Of a DNA stretch of 64,000 bases, positions 38,656 through 50,267 are shown piece after piece; position 1 is the first letter of the stretch; every line of letters starts with the position of its first letter. The stretch comes from Octopus sinensis (lineage: Eukaryota). Below the pieces are notes generated by a model, which searched no databases, was not told where the DNA came from, and saw only the letters and a program-made list of their open reading frames with translations. The stretch spans positions 52,960,464 to 53,024,463 of the forward strand of contig NC_043011.1 in NCBI RefSeq assembly GCF_006345805.1, in the 5' to 3' direction. The translations under genes and the position numbers were made by a program.

Positions 38656-39030
38656 TCATTTCTTTATTGCCCACAAGGGGCTAAACATAGAGGGGACAAA
38701 CAAGGACAGACAAAGGAATTAACGTAAAGTCGACCTCGGCGGAATTTGAACTCAGAACGTAATGACAGACGAAATACTGCTAAGCATTTCGCACAGTGTG
38801 TTAACATTTCTTATTTCTTCATTGCCCACAAGGGGCTAAACAAGGACAGACAAAGGAATTAAGTCGATTACATCGACTCCAGTGCGTAACTGGTACTTAA
38901 TTTCTCGACCCCGAAAGGATGAAACGTAAAGTCGACCTCGGCGGAATTTGAACTCAGAACGTAACGACAGACGAAATACTGATAAGCATTTTGCCTGGTG
39001 TGTTGACGTTTCTGCCAGTTTGCCGCCTTA
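38655..39030 (-). mobile_element. SINE family A multimer
   Basis: Tandem bodies; shares diagnostic junction variants with 44440-44890. Confidence 0.8.
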
Positions 39031-39448
39031 CATCAGAACCGTTTCTGCCAAAGATGTAAGCTCCTTGTCATCAATCAAAGGATGCCAATATTCCATGTAA
39101 CATTCATGATCAAAAAATAAAGGCAAAAAGAAAATTTTAAAAAACCCTGTTTTCCCACCACTAAAACAAACTTTTCCCTTTGGTCTGCTTCAAAGACTTT
39201 AAAGATTTGCTGATTTGCTGTGTTTTTCTCCATAAATTCCAACCGTATTTCATATGGAATGAACCAAGTTCCACATTCTATGTTGCTAATTACTGCAATT
39301 CAGAAGAAGCAATGAGAATAATCAATAGAACTGACAATTTCTGCTACACAAGGCCAAGCTCTGCCGTGGTTCTGTGAATTCCAGTCATTTGTTATCATGA
39401 CTGTTAACATAATGGTTATTTCTGCTGTGAAATATACTGGGTAGTGGT

Positions 39449-39479
<31 letters not shown>

Positions 39480-39662
39480 TGTGTGTGTGTGTGGTGTGTG
39501 TGTGTGTGTGGTGTGTGTGTGTGTGAGTGTGTGTGTATGCATGTGTGAATGTCTGTGTGTGCATGCATGTGTGAGTATGTGAGTGTGTGTGTGTGTGTGT
39601 GTTGTGTGTGAGTGTGTGTCTATGCATGTGTGAATGTCTGTGTGTGCATGCATGTGTGAGTA

Positions 39663-39702
<40 letters not shown>

Positions 39703-39735
39703 TGTGTGTGTATGCATGTGTGCATGCATGTGTGA

Positions 39736-39774
<39 letters not shown>

Positions 39775-40563
39775 TGTGTGTGTATGCATGTGTGAATGTC
39801 TGTGTGTGCATGCATGTGTGAGTATGTGAGTGTGTGCATGCCTGTGTGTGTATGAGTGTGTGTATGTGTGTGTGAGTGTGTGTGTATGTGTGTGTGAGTG
39901 TATGTGTATGTGTGTGTGCATGCATGTGTATGTATGTGTGTGTGTATGTGTGAGTGTGTGTATGTGTGTGTGAGTGTGTATGTGTGTGTGCATGTATGTG
40001 TGTGGATGCATGTGTGTGAGCGTGTGTCTTTTGAGTATGTGCGTGTATGCATGTGTATGTGCTTGTGAGTGTGCATACATGTGTGTATATATGTGTGTGC
40101 ATACATGTGTGTGTGCACACATGCACATCTGTCTGTATGTGTGCACGCACGTGTGTGTGTATGTATGCACGTGTGTGTGTGTGCATGCACATGTGTGTGT
40201 GCATGCATGTGTGTGTGTATGTATGCACGTGTGTGTGTGTGCATGCACGTGTGTGTGTGTGCATGCACATGTGTGTGTGTGCATGCATGTGTGTGTGTAT
40301 GTATGCACGTGTGTGTGTGCATGCACGTGTGTGTGTGCATGCACGTGTGTGTGTGTGCATGCATGTGTGTGTGTATGTATGCATGTGTGTGTGTATGTAT
40401 GCACGTGTGTGTGTGTGCATGCACGTGTGTGTGTGTGCATGCACGTGTGTGTGTGTGCATGCATGTGTGTGTGTATGTATGCATGTGTGTGTGTATGTAT
40501 GCACGTGTGTGTGTGTGTGCATGCATGTGTGTGTGTGTGTGCATGTATGTGTCCGTGTGTGTG
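39449..40563. repeat. About 1.1 kb (GT)n/CATGCA compound satellite
   Basis: Directly visible; source of the 414 aa and 374 aa His/Thr ORFs. Confidence 0.95.
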
Positions 40564-40744
40564 TAAAAACAAATTGCATTTTAAGGTGAAATTACAGCTT
40601 AAAATAAAATTTGTTGCTCGTTCTTAATTACTTGAATTGAGTTCTGTACAACAACTCCAGATTGCTTTACACTGTTGTGTTTCTACTCTCAATGTGTATA
40701 CATGTGTTTGTGTGTATATATGTATATATATATATATATATCTT

Positions 40745-41150
40745 TCTCTTTCTCTCTTTTACTTATTTCAGTCATTTGACTGCGGCCATGCTGGAGCACC
40801 GCCTTTTAGTCGAGCAAATCGACCTCGGGACTTATTCTTTGTAAGCCCAGTACTTATTCTATCAGTCCCTTTTGCCGAACCGCTAAGTGACGGGGATGTA
40901 AACACACCAGCATCGGTTGTCAAGCAATGCTAGGGGACAAACACAGACACACAAACACACACGCACATATATATAAATATATACATATATACGACGGGCT
41001 TCTTTCAGTTTCCGTCTACCAAATCCACTCACAAGGCATTGGTCGGCCCGGTGCTATAGCAGACGACACTTGCCCAAGATGCCACGCAGTGGGACTGAAC
41101 CCGGAACCATATGGTTGGTTAGCAAGCTACTTACCACACAGCCACTCCTA
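40745..41150 (-). mobile_element. Full-length SINE family B
   Basis: Tail-to-head family B sequence. Confidence 0.9.
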
Positions 41151-41625
41151 TAGTCGAAAGACTCTTCGTTTGTTATTTCCTTGTGTTTGTATATGTACAT
41201 TCGTTTGCAGGATCTTTTCGGTTTGAACGGCAGTTTTTAACATAATTTCTAGGTAACTAAAAAATTTTAAGCTTCGTATACTGGTAGAATGTGTTTATAA
41301 CACACATTTTGTTCTCTTGGCTTTATTGAGAAAATTCTATAGTTTGTAAGATATTTTTGGTCTTTAATTTCTTGCATTTCGGCAATTTCAACCAATCAAT
41401 GACTGTCTATTGAGGTGAAAACATTCTGTGCCGGATGAATATGTCCCTCGTTTAAGAAACAGATTGGGTTTATTTACATTTGTGAAGAAAAAAAAGATAC
41501 CCTTCCCCCACCCCTAACCCTAACCCTAAATCTAACTAACTCTAAATCTAAAATAGATTGAAATGCAATAGATCGATTCTAGGGTCATAATTATGAGTGA
41601 CAATTTCATATGACACCACTAGAAA
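41150..41625. mobile_element. Unclassified element with (CCCTAA)3 and a CTAG end; possible non-autonomous Helitron-like element
   Basis: (CCCTAA)3 at 41512-41529, an imperfect hairpin ggtcata...tatgacacc, then CTAG at 41619-41622. Confidence 0.35.
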
Positions 41626-42169
41626 AAACGTGTGTGTGTGTGTGTGTGTGTATGTTTGTGTGTCTGTGGTTGTCCCCCCCAACATCGCTTGACAACCGAT
41701 GCTGGTGTGTTTACATCCTCATAACTTAGCAGTTCAGCAAAAGAGACCGATACAATAAATACAAGGCTTACAAAGAAGAAGTCCCGGAGTCGATTTGCTC
41801 GACTAAAGGCGGTGCTCCAGCATGGCCACAGTCAAATGACTGGAACAAGTAAAAGAGTAAAAGAGATCTTGTAGCTTTCATATTTTGATGATGTGATCGT
41901 TTTATTTTAGAATGATGTTTTAGGGTAGATGTGAGATGCCAGATCTCCACAGTTTGAACATAAGACAGGGAGAATATTGGGCTGGATACGGCCAGTTTAA
42001 GTGCTAAAGGGTTAACTCAGGTATTGGCAACCTTTTTCAAGAAGTAGGCCAAATTGGATATGGCTCATCATCTGGTGGACTGCTCTGCTAAAAAAAAAAA
42101 TTGGAAGGTAATGTTTTGTTAGAATGTTCTGAAGGCCACAGTCTGTTTGTGACTGCTTTAACTTGGGGG

Positions 42170-42680
42170 TTATAATAATAATAATGAAATTAATTGTATA
42201 CAGTGCTCAGGTGCACCACAACTTGTCAGAAAGTGCATATAAAGTACATGCAGTAATGTAGAAATGTCTGGAAAGCGAACAATGTATGAGTCAGATACAT
42301 GGTTGCATGTGTATGGAGGGGAGGAAATCAGGTGTAGTGTTGGCGAATCTCAGGAAGCATGGAAGTTTTGAAGGATGCAGTGCTCCAACAACTAAAAACT
42401 GATGCTGGCAGTTTGTTCCATGCTTCAGCAACTCTCAGCATGAAAAAATGTTTCCTGAAGTCATGGGAGCTGTGCTGTTTTCTTACTTTGTAAATATGTC
42501 CACGGGTGTTAGATGGGTGGAGTTTGAAAAGGTGCTCAGAGTTATTGTTTGTACGATGGTTGATAATTTTATGGGTGTCTGCCAAGTCAGCTGCCAGACG
42601 TTGGAGTTTCAATGTGTCCATGCCCAGGGAAGTAAGGCGTTCAGGATATGGCAAATGCCTGATGGAGGGTATTCTTTTGG
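42170..42680 (-). mobile_element. CR1-type LINE 3' fragment
   Basis: YPERLTSLGMDTLKLQRLAADL...TRGHIYKVRKQHSSHDFRKHFFMLRVAEAWNKLP is a typical CR1 ORF2 C-terminus; (ATT)n tail at 42171-42185. A shorter fragment of the same 3' end lies at 47108-47230. Confidence 0.85.
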
Positions 42681-42839
42681 TTGTGAACCATTTTTAATCT
42701 ATGGACCCCTTTTGATTACTATTTCATTCTGATGGACCCCCATGGCCCTTCGATGTTTAGAAACTAGTTTTATAGAAACTTCTTTCAAAATTCCTATTTT
42801 GTTTTCCACACATTAATTTGTGTAGGTTGAACTTATATT

Positions 42840-43250
42840 CTTTACTCTTTTTACTCTTTTACTTGTTTCAGTCATTTGACTGTGGCCATGCTGGAGTACC
42901 ACCTTTAGTCGAGCAAATCAACCCCAGGACTTATTTTTTTGTAAGCCTAGTACTTATTCTATTGGTCTCTTTTGCCGAAACGCTAAGTTATGGAGACATA
43001 AACACACCAGCATCGGATGTCAAGTGATGTTGGGGGGACAAACACAGACACGCATGCACACACACACACACACTCACATATATATATATACACATATACG
43101 ACAGGCTTCTTTCAGTTTCTGTCTACCAAATCCACTCACAAGGCTTTGATCAGCCCGAGGCTATAGTAGAAGACATTTGCCGAAGGTGCTACGCAGTGGG
43201 ACTGAACCCGGAACCATGTGGTTGGTAAGCAAGCTACTTACCACACAGCC
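42840..43250 (-). mobile_element. SINE family B
   Basis: Near full-length family B sequence. Confidence 0.9.
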
Positions 43251-43572
43251 ATTTTACACACTTACCATATGTAAAATGTTAAAGGAAGAAGCCTAGCTGT
43301 TTCTTGCAATACATACCAAGACATACATCTAAAGCAAAATTTTTTCAGGGGCTCTTAGAATATTATTGTGGATCTCCAGTTTACTATTTTGTTGTGTGGG
43401 CCCCCGCAGAATCTTATATGGACCCTCGGGGGCCATTTGGGACCTAGTTGAAAACCACTGTTTTAATTGTTCATTCGAGGACCTTTTTCAAAAAGCAGAG
43501 ACATATCCCTATTCTTCTTGCCTGTTTTTGTATAAATTCCTCAATAATGTGAGAAAATTTTATTTTGTAAGG

Positions 43573-43957
43573 GTGTGGTAAGTAGCTTGATTACCAACCA
43601 CATGGTTCCGGGTTCAGTCCCACTGTTTGGCACCTTGGGCAAGTGTCTTCTACCATAGCCTCGGGCTGACCAAAGCCTTGTGAGTGGATTTGGTAGACGG
43701 AAACTGAAAGAAGCCCATCGTATATATGTATGTGTATACATGTGTTTGTGTGTCTGTGTTTGTCCCCCTAGCATTGCTTGACAACCGATGCTGGTGTGTT
43801 TATGTCCCCGTAACTTAGCGGTTCGGCAAAAGAGACCGATAGAATAAGTACTAGGCTTACAAAGAATAAGTCCCGGGTCGAGTTGCTCGATTAAAGGTGG
43901 TGCTCCAGCATGGCCGCAGTCAAATGACTGAAACAAACAAAAGAGTAAAAGAGTAAA
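43573..43957 (+). mobile_element. SINE family B
   Basis: Near full-length family B sequence, inverted relative to 42840-43250. Confidence 0.9.
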
Positions 43958-44439
43958 GCTGTTCAAGACTCACAATGATTTGCTGTTCTTGGAAAGACAC
44001 ATCAAGCTAAGTAAAAGAATGGCTGTCCTCGCATACAGGCTCACCACCTGCAACCTTCTCCAGCTAAGCATCCTTAATCTTGAGGGCTCATATGTGCTGG
44101 TGCCACATAAAAACCACCCATACCAGTGCTGTGTAAAAGCACCAAGTACACTCTGTAAAGTGATTGGCATTAGGAAGGGCATCCAGCCATAGAAACCATG
44201 TCAAAATAGACAGGGGGCCTGAACAGATCTTCAGTTGGTCAGCTCTTGTCAAACCATCCAACCCATACCAGCATGGGAAACAGACGTTAAATGATGATGA
44301 TGATGTTGATCATAGTGTGTGTGTGTGTGTGTGCTGTTGTCATTGTTGCTGTTGCTGCTACTGTTGTTGTTGTTTTTGCAGATGATGTTGTTACCAAAAT
44401 TGTTATTATTATTGTTAATATCATTTAACATGTTAATAC

Positions 44440-44890
44440 CTATTCTTTATTACCCACAAGGGGCTAAACACAGAGGGGACAAACAAGGACAGACATAGGT
44501 ATTAAGTTGATTACATCGACACCAGTGCGTAACTGGTACTTAATTTATCGACCCCGAAAGGATGAAACGTAAAGTCGACCTGGGTGGAATTTGAACTCAG
44601 AACGTAATGACAGACGAAATACTGCTAAGCATTTTGCACAGTGTGTTAACATTTCTTATTTCTTTATTGCCCACAAGGGGCTAAAACATAGAGCGGACAA
44701 ACAAGGACAGACAAAGGAATTAAGTTGATTACATCGACCCCAGTGCGTAACTGGTACTTAATTTATCAACCCCGAAAGGATGAAAGGCAAAGTCAACCTC
44801 GGAGGAATTTGAACTCACAACGTAACGCAGATGAAATACCGCTAAGCATTTCGCCCGGCGTGCTAACATTTCTGCCAGCTCGCCGCCTTT
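44440..44890 (-). mobile_element. SINE family A dimer
   Basis: Two tandem bodies plus head (ctgccagctcgccgcc on +). Confidence 0.85.
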
Positions 44891-45269
44891 TAACATATTA
44901 ATACCATTGTTCAACTGAAATGTCATTAAATATTTTTCTTTTAAAAAGCATGTATCGTGCAACATAATCTTTTTTTTTTTTTTTTTCAATGTAGTCGTCT
45001 TCATTCTCGAAATGACCATTTTGAGCAATTGTAAAAATATATAAATAAATAAAATAAACTGTTTAAAAAAAATGTCATAGTTTCCTCCAAGCAGGGATAT
45101 AAAAAAACCCCAAAAAAACTAAACACAAAAATATACTTCTCACCTTCATATAGGCCAGATCTACAACATACAATAAAAGAATAATCATTCAGTGGTCAGA
45201 AAATAAAAATCAGCAAATTGTAATTTCAAAGTGAAACTATGTGTAAACATGTTTTGCCAGGCAAGATTC

Positions 45270-45289
<20 letters not shown>

Positions 45290-45302
<13 letters not shown>

Positions 45303-45630
45303 CGGATATTATTATAAAAGATCAGACAAAAATGATGTGTTTATTAATTGACATGAGTATTCCTTGCAATCACAATATAGCAGAGAGAGAATTTGACAAG
45401 ATCAGTAAATATAAACACTTGCTAATAGAAACTGAAAAAAATGTGGCATCTCAAGGCGACTACAAGTACCAGTGATTGTAGGATCTCTAGGAATGATAAA
45501 AAAAAAACGGTACTGAAACCTATTTGAAAATGATACCAGGCTTACCATCCCTGCAGGAAGTGCAAAAACTCGTGTTAACTCTAACGATTCTTGTACTGAG
45601 AAGAGCATTATCGCTGTGAAAACAACATCC
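45290..45630 (+). mobile_element. R4/Dong-like LINE restriction-like endonuclease C-terminal fragment
   Basis: PDIIIKDQTKMMCLLIDMSIPCNHNIAEREFDKISKYKHL...MWHLK...PVIVGSLGMI...IPGLPSLQEVQK fits the PD-(D/E)xK endonuclease tail of site-specific non-LTR elements. Confidence 0.75.
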
Positions 45631-45784
45631 ATTCATGAATTTATTTATTTATTAATTTTTAAAATACATATTTTACCGGTGAATTTGCGTGTGTAATCTG
45701 GGAATGCATACAATGAGCTTCTCTGCCGTAGGTGTACGGAAAACACTCGGCGAGAAATGGAAGAAAATTTGAAGAAAGAAGGAA

Positions 45785-46395
45785 AAATAATAATAATAAA
45801 TGCCCTGATGCAGTACCAGGCAGTGGCTCTCATGGCTTCTGATCTTAACTGATTGGAAGTGTTATCATGTACATTGTTTTGTCTTGGTATAAAAGATGGG
45901 CTACAGCAAATATTCTGCTCAATACCACAGATTTGCTGGTCAGTTGTTTGACCTTAACTAGTTGAGCATGTCCCTTAGTGGCTGACGATATGTATATCTC
46001 TGACCACGAGCAGAAGTAGTGGGGGAGCATCATAGCTGTGTGTTGAAAGGAATTCTTGGAGGTTTGGATAATTCACCTTTGGAAACATGGGTGGTTCATT
46101 CAACATCCTTAAACAATCCTTATTCAGGGACCTTTTGAGCGGGATGGGCTACTCGACCAGAAGAAAATTCTAACTGGGCCCCACCTGCAAGGTCATGTGC
46201 TGTTTATCTTGATATGAGATCACCATGTCACGTACATATGGTTGTGATGCATGTGCCTGGTGTACCCTTATCAGACGGGTAGTCATGATGGGTATACTGG
46301 GCTTCGTATATTTTACCCCAGTGTCACTTTGATGGCATGCACTGCTCTCTCACTCAATAATAATAATAATAATAATAATAATGATGATAATAATA
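45785..46395 (+). mobile_element. Probable retroposon 3' region ending in (AAT)n
   Basis: About 600 bp CpG-containing segment between (AAT)n tracts; resembles a repeat I recall from Octopus, family not assigned. Confidence 0.4.
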
Positions 46396-46787
46396 AGTCT
46401 CAAGAATGTCCTTGCTTTCTTCCTTAGTCCATTTTTTCCTTGCTTTAGCTGTTCCAGATAAAGGTGGTGTGCACGAAGCATTATTATTTGGAGCTACAAC
46501 AAAATGTTTTCCTGGGTGCTGTCCACATCCTAAGCAAAAAAGATTGTCAACTTGAAAATAACTGATTCTCTTGAAAAAAAAAAAAAAACTCTTTCAAAAC
46601 TGAAATATTACAAATTCAGCAGAATCTTAATTTCTCAGATCCTGGTCTCCTTCCCCTGCAATAATATATCATTGCTGATCATAAATAAAACTCATAGTAA
46701 AACATCCAACTTGTTACTTGAGGCCTCCGGTCGAGACTTTGAACAGCTTGCATAAAACAAAGCAACAATGATGACAACAATAAGAGC

Positions 46788-46851
46788 GACGATGATGATG
46801 ATGATGATGATGATCATCATCATCATGATCATCATCATCATCACCACCACC

Positions 46852-46898
<47 letters not shown>

Positions 46899-46982
46899 GA
46901 TCATGATCATGATCATCATCACCACCACCACCACCACCACCACCACCACCACCACCACCACCACCACCACATCATCATCATC

Positions 46983-47013
<31 letters not shown>

Positions 47014-47062
47014 GATCATGATCATCATCATCACCACCACCACCACCACCACCACCACCACC

Positions 47063-47096
<34 letters not shown>

Positions 47097-47229
47097 TCAT
47101 CATAATAATAATAATAATAATAATAATTGTGTACAGTGCTCAGGTGCACTACAACTCATCTAAAGTGTATATATAATCAGGTGTAGTTTCGGCGGATTTC
47201 AGAAAGCATGAGGGCCTTAAAAGATGCAG

Positions 47230-47260
<31 letters not shown>

Positions 47261-47322
47261 TATTATTATTATTATTATTATCATTATTATATTATTATTA
47301 TCATCATCATCATCATCATCAT
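46788..47322. repeat. Compound trinucleotide array (GAT)(CAT)(CAC)(AAT)
   Basis: Directly visible; interrupted by a CR1 3' fragment. Confidence 0.95.
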
Positions 47323-49124
47323 TAATTCTGAATTTTGTAAGTTAACCTATTTTTATTCTTCTTTCCTCAAGTTAAATCTCCATAAACATTGATAACAAAG
47401 TGGGAAGAGCGTTTTGGAAATAAGATGAAAACTGCTGACTTTGTTGTCAGATTATCATAATAAAATTTATTTCTTGTCATTCTGGCAAAAAAACACACAA
47501 ACTCGTTTATTTCTTTTTTTTTTTTTATATTTTTTTTAGGTTTTTTTTTTCAACCTTTTGAAATTATTTTCAACTTTATTCTTTGGGGAAATTATAAAAC
47601 TTTAAAAAAAAAGACTCAATTAAACAAAATAGTCTTTTGTAAACTTTTCGTTATACACACATACACACAAACATACAAGCAAGCATGCACACCTACAAAC
47701 ACACACACAAACAAAAATGCACACATAAACATACAAGTACACACACACATCTTGTCCAAAAATTTCTATCAACAGATCTTATAGAATTTACCACACATTT
47801 TTTGGTTTTAGATTTTAAACGCTCTTTAAGGGAGTTCTTGTCTACTAATCATGTGGATAATCACAGTTAAGGCAGTGAGCTGGCAGAATCATAAGCATAC
47901 CAGGCAAAATACTAAGTGGCATTTCGTCCATTTTTATATTCTGAGTTCAAATTCCACCTTGGTCGACTTTACCTCTCAACTTTCCAGGGTCATTGAAAAG
48001 AGTACCAGTTGAGTGCTGGGAGTCGATGTAATGGACTATCCCGCTCCCCACAAATTTCAGGCTTTGTGCCTATAGTAGAAAGGATTATATTACGTACTTG
48101 TATTTGTTTCAGTCATTTGACTGCGGCCATGCTGGAGCACTGCTTTTAGTTGAAGAAATCGATCCCAGGACTTATTCTGTGTAAGCCTAGTACTTATTCT
48201 ATTGGTTTCTTTTGCTGATGGGCTTCTTTCAGTTTCCGTCTACCAAATCCACTCACAAGGATTTAGTCAGACAAAGGCTATAGCAGAAGACACTTACCCA
48301 AGGTGCCACGCAGTGGGACTGAACCCGGAACCATGTGGTTGGGAAGCAAGCTTCTTACCACACATAGGATCCAACCATATTTGTGTGTGCGTGCAAGCAC
48401 ACACATGTGTAAATTGCATGTGTTGAGTGCGTGCATGCATGCTCACTCTTATGCAGTTGTTGCTAATGAATTCATGCATTCCCCAGTAAATTTATTATGA
48501 AACTTAAAGTACAACTGAAAGGTTAATGAAATGTGGAAATCAATTGCAATCATCTCTGGAAACAAAATTTAGGTCACACAGTAATTTGGATTTTCAAATA
48601 CTTAATCTAAAAAAAATACCAGTCATTAAAACAAAACCAATAAATATTACTAGATTTGCATTTTTATATTTTACTCAGACTGACTGACAAACATGAAACA
48701 GCATTGGACAAAATTCCTTACAATATTTGTTTTGATTCTTTATGTTTTGAGTTCAAACGCAACCAAGGTAAATTTTGTCTTTTATCCTTATGGATCAATA
48801 AAATAATGTACTAGTCAATTACTGAAGCTGATTTGATTGACTGATCCACCCCACCCCCACCCCCACCAGTTTTCTGACATTGTCTATTTTATAAACATCA
48901 TCATCATCATCATTGTTTAACGTCCGTTCTCCATGCTAGCATGGGTTGGACGGTTCGACCGGGGATCTGGGAAGCCAGAAGGTTGCACCAGGCTCCAGTC
49001 TGATCTGGCAGTGTTTCTACAGCTGGATGCCCTTCCTAACGCCAACATTTATTAGGAAATGAAAGACTGGGAGAATCGGTAGAGCGTTGGATGAAAATAT
49101 ATTTCAGTATTTCTTTACTTTATT

Positions 49125-49332
49125 TACTTACTTGTTTCAGTCATTTGACTGTGGCCATGCTGGAGCACCACCTTTAGTCAAATCAAATTGACTCCAGGAC
49201 TTATTCTTTTTAAGCCTAGTACTTATTGTATCAGTATCTTTTGCCGAACCGTTAAGTTACGGGGACCTAAACACACCAGCATCAGTTGTCAAGTGATGTT
49301 GGGGGGATAAACACAGATACACACATACATAT

Positions 49333-49366
<34 letters not shown>

Positions 49367-49529
49367 GACGGGCTTCTTTCAGTTTCCGTCTACCAAATCC
49401 ACTCACAAGGCTTTGGTCGACATGAGGCTATAGTAGAAGACACTTGCTCAAGGTGTCACGCAGTGGGAATGAACCCGGAACCATGTGGTTGGTAAGCAAG
49501 CTACTTACCACACTGCCACTCCTGTGCCT
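49125..49529 (-). mobile_element. Full-length SINE family B
   Basis: Tail-to-head family B sequence. Confidence 0.9.
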
Positions 49530-49730
49530 ATATAAAAATGTTACAATGCATGGTAAATCATCAGAATTTATGAATATTAAAATCCTAATGAAGCATTATG
49601 AGACCAACAAAAGAAATTTTAGAAAAAAAACAGAATGCCCCTAGCCTGTGTTGAATTTATTTATAAAGTAAATTCTTACGAAGTGAAATGAATTCAACAG
49701 CTTCAAATGATTAAGTATTACAATAAAATA

Positions 49731-50226
49731 GGCATGGCTATGTGGCAAGAAGCTTGCTTCCCAACCACATGGTTCTGGGTTCAGTCCAACTGTATGGCAC
49801 CTTGGGCAAATGTCTTCTACTATAGTCTTGGGCTGACCAAAGCCTTGTGAGTGGATTTGATAGATGGAAACTGAAAGAAGCCTATTGTATATGTACATAT
49901 ATATCTATGTGTGTGTGTCTGGGTTTGTTCCACCACCACTGCTTGACAACTGGTATTGGTATATTCCTATCCCGTAACTTAGCAGTTCAGCAAAAAGTGT
50001 GTGTGCATGCGTGTCTGTGTTTGTCCCCCCAACATCACTTGACAACCGATGCTGGTGTGTTTAAGTCCCCGTCACTTAGCAGTTCGGCAAAAGAGACCGA
50101 TAGAATAAGTACTGGGCTTACAAAGAATAAGTCCCGGGGTCGATTTGCTCGACTAAAGGTGGTGCTCCAGCATGGCCGCAGTCAAATGACTGAAACAAGG
50201 AAAAGAGAAAAGAGTAAAGAGTAAAG
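49731..50226 (+). mobile_element. SINE family B (chimeric: an old 5' part and a younger 3' half)
   Basis: The gtcccgtaacttagcagttc region occurs twice (about 49970 and 50068). Confidence 0.8.
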
Positions 50227-50267
50227 AGAGTATGTATGTATACGTATATATATATATATATATATAT

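Noticed and set aside
41512-41529. Telomere or interstitial telomeric array
   Set aside because: Only three hexamers, embedded in a repeat-like element.
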